64,000 nucleotides of DNA from Sphagnum compactum. Taxonomy: Eukaryota. Where the stretch lies: positions 6,510,001-6,574,000 of the forward strand of contig OZ234494.1 in the NCBI GenBank assembly GCA_965153455.1. The letters run 5' to 3'. Shown here piece after piece: positions 1 through 14,100 of the stretch. The notes under the pieces were generated by a model that saw only the letters and a list, made by a program, of their open reading frames with translations, was not told the origin of the DNA and did no database searches. The number at the start of each line of letters is the position of its first letter. The stretch's first letter is position 1. The position numbers were made by a program, and so were the translations under genes.

Positions 1-3000
1 TTTCTTGTCCACATGATTCCATCCATCCTGCATGGATGGATGCTCTTGTGGGCGTTTGTTGGTTTGCTCAACCCGGGCCATATGTATCCATCAATCATGC
101 ATTTTGAGGGCAAGTTCCTCTCAAACGTCATGTCCCTTAGACTTGAAGCTTTAGTTTTACAAATGAATCAAATTGTTTATACTTGTTACACTTGCTTGGT
201 GCTTCACACCCATCTAATCCCATGCAGACCAGGAGCCATTTGGCTGAATGTTCAGGGATTTTGCTTGACAAGATTAGAATCTGTTCCATGAGCTGGTGGT
301 GTATACGGTGTTTACCATGGGATCACCCTTTGTACGTATCAAATTATGTAGCATTATTTTTTTTCGGGTTTTCACTGTCTCACAAATGATCATAACATGT
401 GTGCATTATATATATAGTATAACGAGAAGTTGAGTATGATTGTGGGCTAGGAAAAGTTGCAAGTTGGTTTGAACATGTTTTTGTTGAAAGAGTTTGCAAT
501 GGCATTTAATGATATAGCTAATTTCACATTGGATATTGAGCAAGAACAACACACAGCCTCCTCCTCCTCCTCGGTGACATTGGTTACAACTTACAACTCG
601 TATCATTACAACGGAAACAGATTATTAAAACAAATTACGTGAATAAATCAGATTGAGCATTTTGAATGTCTAGACCTCTTAGTTATGACAGTTGTGTGGC
701 GTCACTTCAGCTACCCAAGAAAGAGAAGATGCATAATAATTTTTTTAAAAGGTCAGGACTCAGAACATAACATGGTTGTCTACGCATGGGCTGATTGCCT
801 CACTTGTCACTGGCTCATACATAGTAATACATGAGACAAAATATCGACAAAATTCCAACTTCCAACAACAAATTATTATATAGCTTAGTAAAAGCAAGAA
901 AACCGACCATGCCAAGTAAAATATGCCACACATCGAAGATAAGCTAGAGCTTACAGATAACATTCATTTGTCAGATTGACATAAGCACATGGGATTTGGA
1001 AGTTTTTGCAAGACTCGGTCATTCATTCATTCATTCATTCATTCATTTTAGTGGGGTTGGATTATTAAAAAAGGCAACCAAAAAAATAAAAGGTGGAGCA
1101 AAACTCAACCTCTTTGTGGGATCAAAAGGGTTATAAAAACAAGTTGACCACAAACTGCTCAAGTTAAAGGGGGTTTAGTTGGGGTTCTGGATTAAGTTCT
1201 GGAACCTTCAACAGAAAAGGGTGGCGAAAGCAAAGGAACAAATTAATTACTGGATAGGTGTACAAAGGCTGGGTTGTGCAAGCAAAAGATTACCACCCTT
1301 GTGAGGATCCGTGTAAAATCTGCTGATCAAACTGTAGGGGGGAAAAGAACCTTTTGCTCTAGAAGAAGTGCACCAAGTTTTTGCTTAAGTGTAATATTTT
1401 TTTCTCTGAAGGTTTTATTCACATGAGCAAAGTACTTTTGACTCGGCAAATTGCTTCTGTGTTCTTGTTTGCAACGTGGATGGTAGAGTTTGAACAAAAC
1501 ATCTTGAACCCCACCCGCACCTCACCTGTGCCTCCCTCCACCCCTTACGAGGATGTGAAGCTTGATCCCATTAGCGAGCCGACTTTTTCGCACTTCTACT
1601 TTCTTACTTGTTTTCCATGCTCATCATAGATTATAATACAACTTGAAACCCAAAAAAAACCCTAAACTTGGTTGGTCACATGATGCCATTCCCAACCAAT
1701 TGATGGGCTCAATGAAGGGTCCACACATGATGCCATGTCGGGCCACTAGTCGGGTTTTACCTTGTGACGCAGTTTCTTTATTTCAATCAAAGAATTCCAT
1801 GCAAAAGGAGTAAATAAGGAAGTGAGAGGAAAAGTAGTGACTTCAGAGTTCCAAAGATTCTTAAATTTCTTTTAGTTTGGGATTTGATTTTTTAAATGCC
1901 ACAAGAAGTTCACCAATTTGAAAGAGCTTTTGTCTTCTAGAAACACAGAAGTGGGTCTAATGTAAACAGAGCTGCTTGGCTTGAAAATCCCCCCCCTCAA
2001 GCATTGGATTAACATGTGACAAGAAGAACTCTTCTTCTCATGTGGGTTCCATGTGGGTGAGCTCGCTCCACAACAAGCTAGATTTTTCCTTTTTACCCAC
2101 CCTCTGCACTCTGATCCATTGTAAAAAACCTCTCAAAGACTTTCATTTAGTGGGAAGAATTGACCTTTGTGCTTCTTTGATAGTTTCACATTTGTGTAAG
2201 AGTCTTTCATAGTACCATGACTACTACTACTACTACCCCCCAGATTGCCACATATTCATGTACCCTTGACCATTTCTCCAGTGTTGTAAGTATATCGACA
2301 TTGCACTGGGCAATTTGCGGGAAACACGGGTGTGCTCCGTAGAATAAAACAAAGCACGGAAATTGTGAAGGGATCGTCTTGAACCTGTAAAGAGAGGTGA
2401 GCCAGAGAAGAAGTTATTGAAGAAGGAGTTGTAAGGTACAACTTACTGGGTCCTCCAATGGGTACAATTTTTCTTTTCAAAACTCACAAGCTTGAAGTAG
2501 ATAGATAGATCTGCATAGGGAACTGTGCAACAAGAGGTTTAAAAGAGGCACTGTTAAAAAAAAAAAAAGTGTCAATATCTGCCCAATTTGGTTTTCACCT
2601 CTTCCTTCCTTGATTTGGGTGGTGGTTTTTATTTTGGCAAAAGAAGAAGTTCATTCCTTCATCCACAAAATAATAATAATAATCTTCCCTCTGATAAAAA
2701 TTAAGGTTGTTTGTAATAACAGCAAGAATCACAAATTATGTTCAAAGTTCATAAGATGTCTCCCAACTCGTTACAAGATTTGGACTTGCAACTATGCTAA
2801 CCCCGTCCCTACATTACATTGGGGGTTGATCAAGGTGATGTGTGTGGATTTCACACCTAAGTTGCCAACATTGATGCACTATGGGAGGATTATCATCTAG
2901 ATAGAAATGTGGTGAATTTTTGGGCGAATTTAGTCATGTGAGGAGGATACAATAGGAAAATCAAAAACATTATTAAACTGAAACTTATAATGAATATGAA

Positions 3001-3956
3001 AGAAACTCTGAAACCCATCTTCCCAACTTAACCTGCAGATAACGAGGTAGGAGTCGAATGAATGCATAATTTCATGCATCATTTGTTGTCTTCTGCGATT
3101 CATATATATGCACAATGATTGAACAGATTCTCCAACTAGTAATGTATGAGAGAATTGTGTATTCCAACTAGTGGAGAATTGCATAGTCACAAAAACCCAC
3201 CAGACATCATCTGTTCAAAGAAGACTTACTTTCAAGTGTTCTTTAAGATTGCTTCACAATTTTGGTTTACATGCTACAACCCAATAGAGAAATCTGCCAA
3301 TATTTCGAAAACAACTGGAGAAGAAATTGTGGCAAGTAGAACAACCCCCCAAAAAACCACATAGTTTACGCCATTTTGAATTTTCTTGTCGCCAAATCAC
3401 TAAATTTAGCCAGAAAAACAAGTCTACAATGGCGCCTACCTATTTCAGCTCATGCCTTTCCTAAGACTGTAAATGTGCACACTTTTTTTTTTCCCCCGGT
3501 TCCATAGTTGGATCCAAAAATAGCAACTGCTACAGTCCATATATATCTTCACACTCTATGAACTTCTTCTTTGAGAAAACACAACAACATCAATAAGAAG
3601 GGGAAAAAAAAGAAGGTCCTGGCATGCTAGAGTGCTTCTGTATGTTTGGAAAAGTACTGGACACTAGTTGATACAGCAACTAGGCTACCCAACAAAGTTT
3701 AGTAGTAGATTGAAGCTGAAGAAGAGATAGATATGCATGTTATTGTGAACAATTTCTATGGGAAAGTTGCTTCAAAGTTTGTCCATCACATGCACCCTTT
3801 CTCACGGATTCGTTACCAATTCAAATGCCATGCAAATTCTCCGGATGAAGTCATTGAGTAGAGCAGCAAGAAGGGAATGGCATCTGGCGTGGTGTTCTAT
3901 TGCAGTCTAGATTATGCATTCTTCGGATGATGATCTTCATGGATCTTCTTCAGGTT

Positions 3957-4435
3957 GGCCAGAGTGAACCACCGGCCACAAATGCACCACCATGGATGGA
4001 TGGATGGATGGATGGAATGGATGGTGCGTGGATATGAAACTCCATCCATCCATCCATCCATGGTGGTGCATCCATCCATGAAGGATGGATGGTAAGTGGT
4101 CAGGAAACAGTTTTCAGTTGGGTTTCAGGTCCCTAGTTAACCATCGTGGTTAGCTCAGTTGCCTTTTTTAACTACCTATTTACTAACAACCCGCACGCAG
4201 GTTGTTACTAGGTAGGTAGTAAAAACAGCCATTATCTATGTATAAACCCATCTACTTACCTAGTAATTACCTATTTTCCTACCTATCGACCTATATATGA
4301 GACCCTATTTCCTACAAAATTAGGTTACCAAGGTGAATTCAAATATTAACTCGGTTGAGGTTCATCCACAATCGAGTAATAATGGGCATCCAATGGATGG
4401 ATGGTGTGCTGCTCAGTGCTGGTTCACTATGGGCC
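3957..4435. mobile_element. MITE with GGCC-ended TIRs (PIF/Harbinger-like), ~480 bp
   Basis: Ends GGCCAGAGTGAACCA / TGGTTCACTATGGGCC. Internal blocks recur at ~43382-43624 (same strand) and ~16930-17080 (opposite strand). No clear TSD. Confidence 0.65.
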
Positions 4436-7400
4436 CGATTGAAATGGCCTTAAAATGGGAAGAAGGAAAATGGGGTTGGTGCATTCCTGGATTCAGGCCA
4501 GTGTTTTTTTTGGGAGGGTTGAATTTTTTAACATTTTTCCAACCTGAAAAAATGATTTTGACACACAAAAATTATTTTTGTTGATATAACTTGACCTTAT
4601 TTCATACAGAAAAAAAAAAGAGCAAAAAAAAAGTCAAAAACATTTTTGTGCCCGTATGTCAAAATGGTATGTATATAAATAGTCATGTATAACCATGCAA
4701 ATGGCCATGTACAAGCATGTGAGCAAAAGAGAGGAGAGAGAGAGAGAGTCCTTGTAGCTAACAATCGAGCTTGTTACATCAAAGAAGGAGGAGGATGAAC
4801 AAGAGGAGGACAATTTAACCACATACGAAGAGGATCATTTTAAGAACTTGACTCTAAGGGTACACTACACTAGTGTGCATGGGAAGTAAAGTACTACTTA
4901 CCACATGGATGTTTTTTCTTTGAATGGTGTTTGTAAACAAACAAGGGATGTAATATATTTATTAGTGTTAAAGAATATACACAATTTTTATACGGGGTGG
5001 GTCTGAAGAATTTAGGCTTGTGCCTAGTTTTAGAGGGGAAAAAAAAGTGCGGCCAATGAGAAAGTTAGAATAGGAGTTGTTTTGAGGAGTTCTCTTGAGT
5101 AATAGTAAAATGTCACTTAAAAATGTGTGTTATAATATTATTAGCCTAAGTCGGGTTATGTGAATGAATGTGTGAGAAAGAAAAATTTATGTTGTTGATG
5201 AGATTGTTGAATTGATTTCTTTTCAAATGTTTTGAAAGTGTTGCCTCGGTGAACTAGTACTTGAATGTTCACTTGCATGTCGCTTGCATTGCATGTGGTT
5301 CATGCAAAAGGACATGAAAAATGTGAGATTTTCACACTTATGAATGGGGTATTGGGAAACATGATCTACCATTGTTTCCACAGGTGAAAAATTGTTGTGC
5401 TAGAAATGAATTTTTAATTCCTTATTTATGAATGGGGGTACTTACAAGCTTTACTTGGAAATGTATATGATTGGAGGCCTTTTGCCAACAAGTGTTTACA
5501 TTCAACCTTCAAAACAAATCCATTTCCCAAAGATATTCACACTATTAAAACAAAGAGGCATATTGAACAAGCCTGATGACATTTGTGTTGCATTATGTAT
5601 TCCATGTGATGAAATTTGATTTGAAAGCAATGTGGCCAAGGAAAGTTGCTCATGGATGTTGTTCATCCATTTCTTCTTGTTTCTAATGAAAAATCAACTA
5701 AACATGCATGTGACATTTGAATCACATAGTAGTCATTCATTTCATTTAGTTCATGATATTCATGATCTAGCATATAGATCCATCAATGAACATGGAAATA
5801 AGCAATTTTAAACAAATTAATTTAAGTTCATAATTTATTCAATAATTGGGTTTCCCTTCCTCACTCATCCATACCTCCAAAACACTTTGTAAACTTTGTG
5901 AATTGATTAAAAAAAATTGAAATGAAATATTCATAAATTGAATAATGTTTACTATCAATGTAAAATTTTTCACAAATGATTGCCCATTTTATTCATGAGT
6001 CATGTTGATAATTGGTATAGGACTCAAACTATATTCAATTTCAAATTCTTTGAACATGGCTCAAATGTCTCCCCTTTGTGTAATGAAAATCATCAAAATC
6101 AAGATGGAAATAATGTTTCATTTGAGTAACCTTTTCTTATAACTCCTCATTTCAAAAAGTTGGAACAATGAAGATGATTAAAAGAAACGGGATCCACAAG
6201 TTGGATGTTTGAAATTGTCCCACAAATTGAAGGTCTTAACATGCTTTATATGATTTCATTGTTGAAAGCATTGTGTTACGTGTCGAAAGAACTTAGCATT
6301 TTGTATAACTTATAATCCCACTAAACATAAATGGGTACTTGGCAATGTTGCAAAAGTAAACTCTAAAATTAAAATATAATTGGTTATGAGATTCATACCT
6401 ATGTCAAATGATGATTTTTAATTTATAGTTTTATATAATATATATGTTCAATACTAAGCTAATTATGAATGACCATTATTACAAATGCTCATATGCAATT
6501 CACGTTGAAATTAATATTTGAAATCAGTACATGAAAATCAATTAGTCCTTGAATAAATCTTATATTGCATTTTATATATTGAATTATGTCAAATCAACTT
6601 TTGATATCTACAAACTATGTGAATTTTTTTAATTGTCAAATAATATTTGTGCAAGGGTAACGAATTTTAAACTAGGCACAAAGAACCCTAAACTTTAAGA
6701 AATAGATCACCAATTAAGGCCACCGTTAAAACTATTCCATATGAAAAATCCACAAATGACAAGTCTAAATATATATCTCAACAATAACTTTCTATTGCAA
6801 AGCCATGTGCACTTAATTTCAAGAAGACCAAAAACAAAAAAATTAATTGCAATCAAACTCTATGAAATAGATGTTCATGAGACTTTACCTAGAAATGAAA
6901 GGAGTTAAATATTTTTAATTATATGGCATTGTATATTTTATTTTAAATCTCATGATGTCAAGTATGATGCAAACACACACACGCACACACACACACATAT
7001 GCCCATAGCCTCATGTTTTGAAGTTTGGGTATGTTCCCATGTTTCTCAAATCTAGGAAATCCCAAACAAGTTCAAAATTTTGCCTTTTCTTCCACACCCT
7101 AAAAAGGATGTCCAAAATCCAATGGGTCCACTAATGAATGCCAAACAAATAGTGAAAACTGGCACCTGGTGTCAATAAGTTTGTAAGCAAGGCTTAAGAG
7201 AGAGGGAGGGAGGTAGGTAGGTAGGAAGGTGGGTAGTAAACAATAATTAACATGTAAGTAGGTAATCCTCTCCAATTGATCTTCTTCCAACCCAAGATCT
7301 TGATTGCAAAGCTACATTAACCTAATTTGATCTTCCAACCCAAGGATTTCAATTACTAAAACAAACATTATGAGTAAGTGAAGACACTACTACTACCTTA

Positions 7401-7754
7401 ATCTCAAATGGGCTAATAAGTAAGAATTAGCTGAACTAGAAATTTCACACCATGTGAATAATAAACTTAAACCAAGCTTCCCATGTGCTACTCTCTCATG
7501 TTGGGGGGGGATGTGGGGGGGGGGTTCTAGGGTTGAAGTCAGAAAACCTGGCCCCCTTTACCTACCTACCATTTGGAAGGGTGAGCCAATTTAGATGTCA
7601 GCCAAGCATGAGATATTGTTAACTCAAGTGTCATGAAGGAAAGAACTAGAAGGGGTAAAAGGGGTTGGGTGAGAAGAAGGGGGGGGGGGGGTATATGGTG
7701 TTAGTATGAGAACACAAAAGGGTGTGTAGAGTTTGTTTTTTTTGGGGGAGAAAT

Positions 7755-8086
7755 ATACCCTTTTTTTACCCTTCAATTCCACAAACTTACCCGTAGACTA
7801 AGGGTGTTGAGCACCGCCAAAATTTCACAACCTACGGTAAAATAAAACCCAATAAGGATGTAGTGCTATTGTTTTAGGGTCATAATTTTATCCCGAGAGT
7901 AAAGGCAACCCGTCAAAATTCATACCCCAGGGCAAGTAAAAACCCCAAACAAGGGTATATATATATATATACCCACTCTTGATTTTACCAAGATTAGGGT
8001 AAGGTGAAAGGTATATTTGACTCCTTAAAGGTAAGGTATGTTAATATATATTCTTATTGGGTTTTATCCTCAGGGTATATATATAT

Positions 8087-8121
<35 letters not shown>

Positions 8122-8150
8122 AACTTATATATGGGTGTAAAAGAGTACCC
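7755..8150. repeat. Degenerate foldback / inverted repeat element
   Basis: Perfect 15-bp inverted repeat ATAAAACCCAATAAG (7842-7856 / 8053-8067) around a central palindrome GGGTA(TA)nTACCC (7953-7974), plus many GGGTA/TACCC motifs. Confidence 0.55.
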
Positions 8151-11100
8151 TTCTTAACTCTGGTTTGTACCCCTTTGGTGTCCCTGGTTTACTTTAGCTG
8201 GGCCTTAATTTTCGTGTCACAATCATTGTGAAAGTAATAATAATATGACAAGAATGATCATGAGATAGATGCACACAATTCAAGGTAGCTTGGTGATGTT
8301 TTCTTAATGGGAAAAATGTGGATTGTGAGTGGTGAGTACACTATATATTACTATGTATTATATATATACTAGTATATACACTAGCTTTGCCCTTTTGTTT
8401 TGGGTTCTTTTTTCCAATAGGTTATCAATGTAATATTAGATTCCAAAACTTGATATATATGTATTGATATTGTGTATTGATGTTGTAAACAACTTAGTTG
8501 GGTATGACCTGAAGCACTTCCCATCCTTCAAATACAAGTGTGTACCAAGTTTGGTATGGCAATTGAGGTACTACCACATACATATCGACCTCATCTCAAT
8601 ATGAATATGAAGTTTTATATCGATGTTGTGAGGGTATGTTGTTTCTTGAATATACTCATTGGGTATGCATAGGTTATATTATTTATTTTAGCCTACATGG
8701 TGCACATAGCCGAGAGCATGTACTTATGAAGAATTATACCCTATTCATACTCCTAAAATATATGCTAGACATTGGGAGGGGATGATATGTGTGGATATTT
8801 GGGTATGTAAGATTAGGATACGTAGGCCATGAGAGTTAAAATTTTGCGAGGTCAAAAGATTGTTGAACATAGTGGATGTTTGATCACACAAGCTTCACAA
8901 ATTTCCTTAGTTGCAACATTTTATTTGTATGTATGTTTGGCATTAAATAGTTGAGCTGCATCTTTCAAAAAAGGTTTTTTTTTTCAATACGTTTGTGGAT
9001 ATTTGTATTCAATGATGAATCAAACATTTTGATTTTTGCACTTTTAACATGAGATTTATGCATGATCCCATTGGGTTTGACTTTTGAAATTTGTTTCAAT
9101 ATTTTCAAAATATGGACATTTTTCTTCATTTTTAATTAAATTCAAAACATACCCATTTTTTACCTCAATAGAGGGAATATGAATATGAGTACTTGAACCT
9201 TACCCATCTACTTTAAACCGCACTTTTTGTCTACCTAGACCCCATCTCAAGAGTGAAAAGTTTTTGTGCTAACATATCTTTATTTGATGGGTAAACCCAA
9301 TTCAAAAAGAAGTATCTACTTTGACTTGAAGATATATTTAAAATAATATACATTGCACACCATTGGTCAATACTTTCCACAAAAATAATAATCCTTGCAC
9401 CCAATTCCAAGACCAAACTAGAATGAACATGTAAAATAAAGCCCAAGGCATTGAGTTTTATTGAAATAAGGGCCCATGTGAGACATAGTTTTTAGTGGAC
9501 TTAATTTGGGTAAACTTGTTGCCAAGGGCTTTATGAATGTAAACACAAGGTTTGATTTTTTTTTTAAAATTCCCTTGATAGTCGGCAGGTATCACAAGAA
9601 AATTAAATAAGAAACAACTTGTTTCATTGAAATTAAATGCAGACATGAGAGCCAATCAAAGGGTTGGGTTGGAGGGTGTAGATAATTTTTATGAGGTTTA
9701 AAGATTAAGCTAAAATGGTATTAGGGTTGTAAAAGTGTTTAGTAGACATCTAACCAAATGGCGAGGATAAACCACATCAAGTTTACACCTTGAGTTTATG
9801 TAATTTAGAGCTTTTGTGTTACAATGTAGGTACGAGTATTTAGTTAGAGAGGTGGACTCCATGTCCCTTTGTGACAATGGTCTTGGAAGGTCCCCCCTTT
9901 TAAAAACACCTTCAATTTAAGGTAGTCCTCAAAATGGATGTGAAATTATTCAAGTGCAAGATGGAAATTTCAAGGTTGATCTGTGAAGTGCTAGAAAATC
10001 TTGAATTTGTGAACTAGTTGTCCCTAGACAATTGGAATCAAGGATGTGAATGCATGTTGTTTTTTAATCACAAGCTTGTAATTTGTAACCAAATGCATAA
10101 TATATGTTGACAAAGAGATTTGAAGGTTCTTTTTGGGGAGTTCATGTAATGTTTATTTTATGTCATAAACTTAATTTCAAAGTATAGATTATAATATGTA
10201 CATAATTGCTTATAAAGGAATGGAACTATTTTGTGGGGTTTTAATACAATTTGATATACTAGATGATCCAATTCGAATTCAAATTTGTGAGTTTAGTTTG
10301 GTTTCAAATTTTTCTAAAACCTTTCAACAAAACTTGTTTTCACTAATGTGATCATTTTTTTCGATCAATCAATGTCTTCTTATTTATTGTCAAAGATTTG
10401 GATTTTTCTAACCATTTGTTTAGCAAAAACAAATTGAACATTGTATCCATTGTTCAATCATATTGATTTTGATGAAAAACATGTAAATTCACCCCAAACC
10501 CAACTTTAAGGAGTTAACATAAATAAGCTTAATGGCCGATATGTGCATGTGATTTTAGTTCAAATTACTGTAGATTCAAGCCATGGAAAAAATCTTCGTG
10601 TATTACCCTTGTTTAAAATTCTAGCATTCAAAATGGTTGAAACCATGTTGTATTTTTTATTTTGGAAAGAACCTTTGGATCAAGTTTTTATTTTATTTTA
10701 TTTTTCGGAAATGCCTTCAATAGCATTTTGAAAGTGGTTCTCGAGACTTATGAAACCTATGGTTCCAGTGTTTTCACCCAAAAAAAATTGGAGCTTGGTC
10801 CAACGTATGGCAAGGTTTAGTTCCATGTACATTACAAACAACTAAAGAGTTTTTATTTTGATGTGACATTAATGTGCTCAACTAATATGCAATGCATTGT
10901 TTTCACATTCCAATGAGTAATGTTTAAGGATTTTCCATTTACTACTTTAATAAATGTCATATGCGTGCGTACACTTGGTTCACTAACTCCCCACTTTGTT
11001 CTTGCTTTTGCAACAATAATAAAAATAATATATAATAATAAAACATCATACAACCATTATAATGTAACCACTTGCTTAAAACATAAGGCCCAATTCTCAT

Positions 11101-14100
11101 TCCTAATTTTAAAATTATACTTATCACTTAAGAAAACTGATACCTATTTCAAAAGCCTAGAAAACCTAACTAAATTAAGTTCCAATTTTAAGATAAGGCT
11201 AGTTGCAATGTTTGGCTTTAAACATGGTTTTAACAAAACTAAACCTATCAAATATCTTGAACGTAACAACAATAATTGAAACCTTGTATTAAGACCTTCA
11301 ATTGTGTTCCTTTTGTTATTGCATAATTAGATTACATGCAACCCTTTAAGCTTTGGGATGGATTGAACCTAAGCAACAAACTAATATCTTGTTTGAATTT
11401 TACAATTAGCAAAATTGAGACCTTTTCACATGTAACAAAATAGAATGCACAAATCACCTCTTGCATACACAATGCCATTAAATTTGATGCAAAATTCACC
11501 TTTGCATCTTGTTAAGCATTTGAGACCAAATGATTTTAGTCACTCAAAGATAAAATAATATTTTTAACAAATGTAATTTTATGGTCTTTAGTGGTTTGTG
11601 ACTATGGAAGGTCACCCAATCTTTCCCAATAAAATGAACACCATCACCAATGAATGTGTTTTGTTAAGATTGTGAAATATTGTTGGATCATTTCTATGAA
11701 ATGATTACATATTCCCTTTGTTTGGAATAAATGATTCCATGTTGAATGTTGAAGCTTATTTTGGTGTCCTTGCCATGTTTTAGTGATACTAGACTTTGGA
11801 AATGAATGTTAAGTGTTCAATGTCGAGGGTTCAACTTATGCATCTTAAATTGGATTATCATTTCCCCATTAAACTACTGCGAAATGTTTTTGGTGTGCAT
11901 GCCATGCTAGAAGAAAGAACATGGACATGTGAGAGAAAATTAAAAATAACATGGGCTTTAGTTTTTTAATTGGGTTTAACAATTCATCACAAGCTAAAAC
12001 AAATTTTCAATACATCATTCCAGTCAAAACCAAAATGCCCATAAAACAACATTGGTGTAATGTATGAAAACCTTGACATCTATTTTATTGCAATAAATGT
12101 TTAAAGACTTAAAACATTAGAGTACATGACATCAACATTCATATCATACATGAGGGTGGTGTTGAAGTTGGATATATGGTTAATTTAAATTCTTTCCAAC
12201 TCATTCAAAATTAACTTGTTCATTACGTAATGCAAATTTTTAAGAGCATCAATTGAAACAATTTTGTATACTTCTTCAAGCATGTGAAAATTGGAAGTGT
12301 TTTAGAACATGAAATGGATAAGGAATTTCAAAAAAAAACTAGAACAACTTTGGGATTTTTTTGAAACATAAGAAGGATTTTTAAAACACTAATAAGATCA
12401 AACTTGTTAAGACCAAAGTTGTTTCAAATTTGTTCCATCACCATTGGACAAAGTGGACAAACTGTATTATCAACATTGGATATAATGGACAAGAGGAAGT
12501 GTTACTATAAGACAAAGTGATAGCTAGGATTGAGTGATTAAGATTGGTTAAGAATTTGAATTCATGTTCGTGATGAGAAATCATGAAAGACATAAGGAAA
12601 AAAGTTTTGAATTTGTGACCATTAGGACATGGAGTAGTTTTGAGAATGAAAATAAGCTCATGATAGGAGTTAGAAAAGAGATTTGATGGAGAAAAACATT
12701 GATACTACATTGTGTTTTGTTTCTTATTTTTTGCTCTATATCATTTAAATTTGTTTTCAAATTACTCCAGATGTTGTATTGTTGTAGATATGGATTTTGG
12801 GAGGGATTTTTTTGGGGTTTTTTTATAAATTTCTATAGTTGATTCACATTGCAAAATATGAATACATGCATAATGATATGTGGAACTACAAAATTAAAAG
12901 AATAAACCAATAACAAAAGAATAACCAAAATTCTTAAACAAACACAAAAGGAATTGAGTTAACAAGTGTTCAATTGATATGATTTTAAATTATAACATTT
13001 TAGGTTAATATCAATGTTGGACATGTACCAATGTGGGTATTGTGTAAACCATAGCTTAATCCATTAGGTTGTTGTTTTGGAAAATTAAATGAACCTATTT
13101 AAGAGTAATAGGTTCAAAGTGAAACCCACTTGTACATACCTTAGTGATATAATTTTGAATTTTTTTAAAAACAACCATTGGAATAATAATAATATCGTTC
13201 AAGTATTGAAAATTATGGGTATTAAAAAAAATTCATATAGCTCATTAACTATTTCACACAAATGGAAAAATTAAATAAAAAAATAAAGAATAGCCCAATT
13301 GTTAAAACTTAAATCTAATAAGACCCTTGAAATACCATATTGTAATTCATTAGATCTACAAAGTCGTTCATAAACCACACTTGTGAAGGATGTTTAAAGT
13401 TCCTCAATTGAAACATGTATGTGGGAGTTCTAAGTTCAAAAAGCTGCAAGACTCAGAACTTGACAAAATGCACCATTGATCCTTGCCACCACCAAAAATT
13501 GCTTTAACTTGACACTTTGTAATTACATGCTCATTGAAGGGTCCATTACCACCTCCTTTCATGTATCCCCATTAATGACAACATCATTCTTCCAACTTAT
13601 ATTTATTTAACAAAGACATATCATCTTTGCTAAATAAACATGTGTTGGAAGAATGATGTTGAACATACCTTACCATGGACAATGTTTAAAGTTGTCCAAC
13701 ATGACCAACAAGGAACCATGAAAACAATTGTTGAAGTTGGGCCTAAAACAACTTTCATTTACACTTGCATGCACTTTGAGCTTGACTACTTGAATCATTG
13801 CTTGGAATTAATAACCTCATTGCAACAAAGACTATGCTGTAACTAGGGTTTTCTACATATCATTTGATTGTTGTGAACATGATTCAAATTGTCATTAAAA
13901 TGTTTTCTATACAATTTCATATTCATACCATGTTAATTTTTGTGTGTCGGTTTCTTTCTTGAGGTATTAGGGTTCTTCAACTTGGCCCAACCAAACTCAT
14001 TGGGGGTTAACTTAGGTAGAATCAAGTGGGGTTAAGGTTTTGGGCCTCAAACCTTCCAACTCTTGACTATAAACTCTATCTCTAATCCTAAGAGGTTCAT

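Noticed and set aside
13..389. Coding ORFs at the window start
   Set aside because: No recognisable motifs; may be the UTR or tail of a gene outside the window.
2256..2480. CLE-like peptide (RKIVPIGGPSKLY)
   Set aside because: No signal peptide, a non-ATG start, a poor motif match, and the ORF crosses a likely intron.
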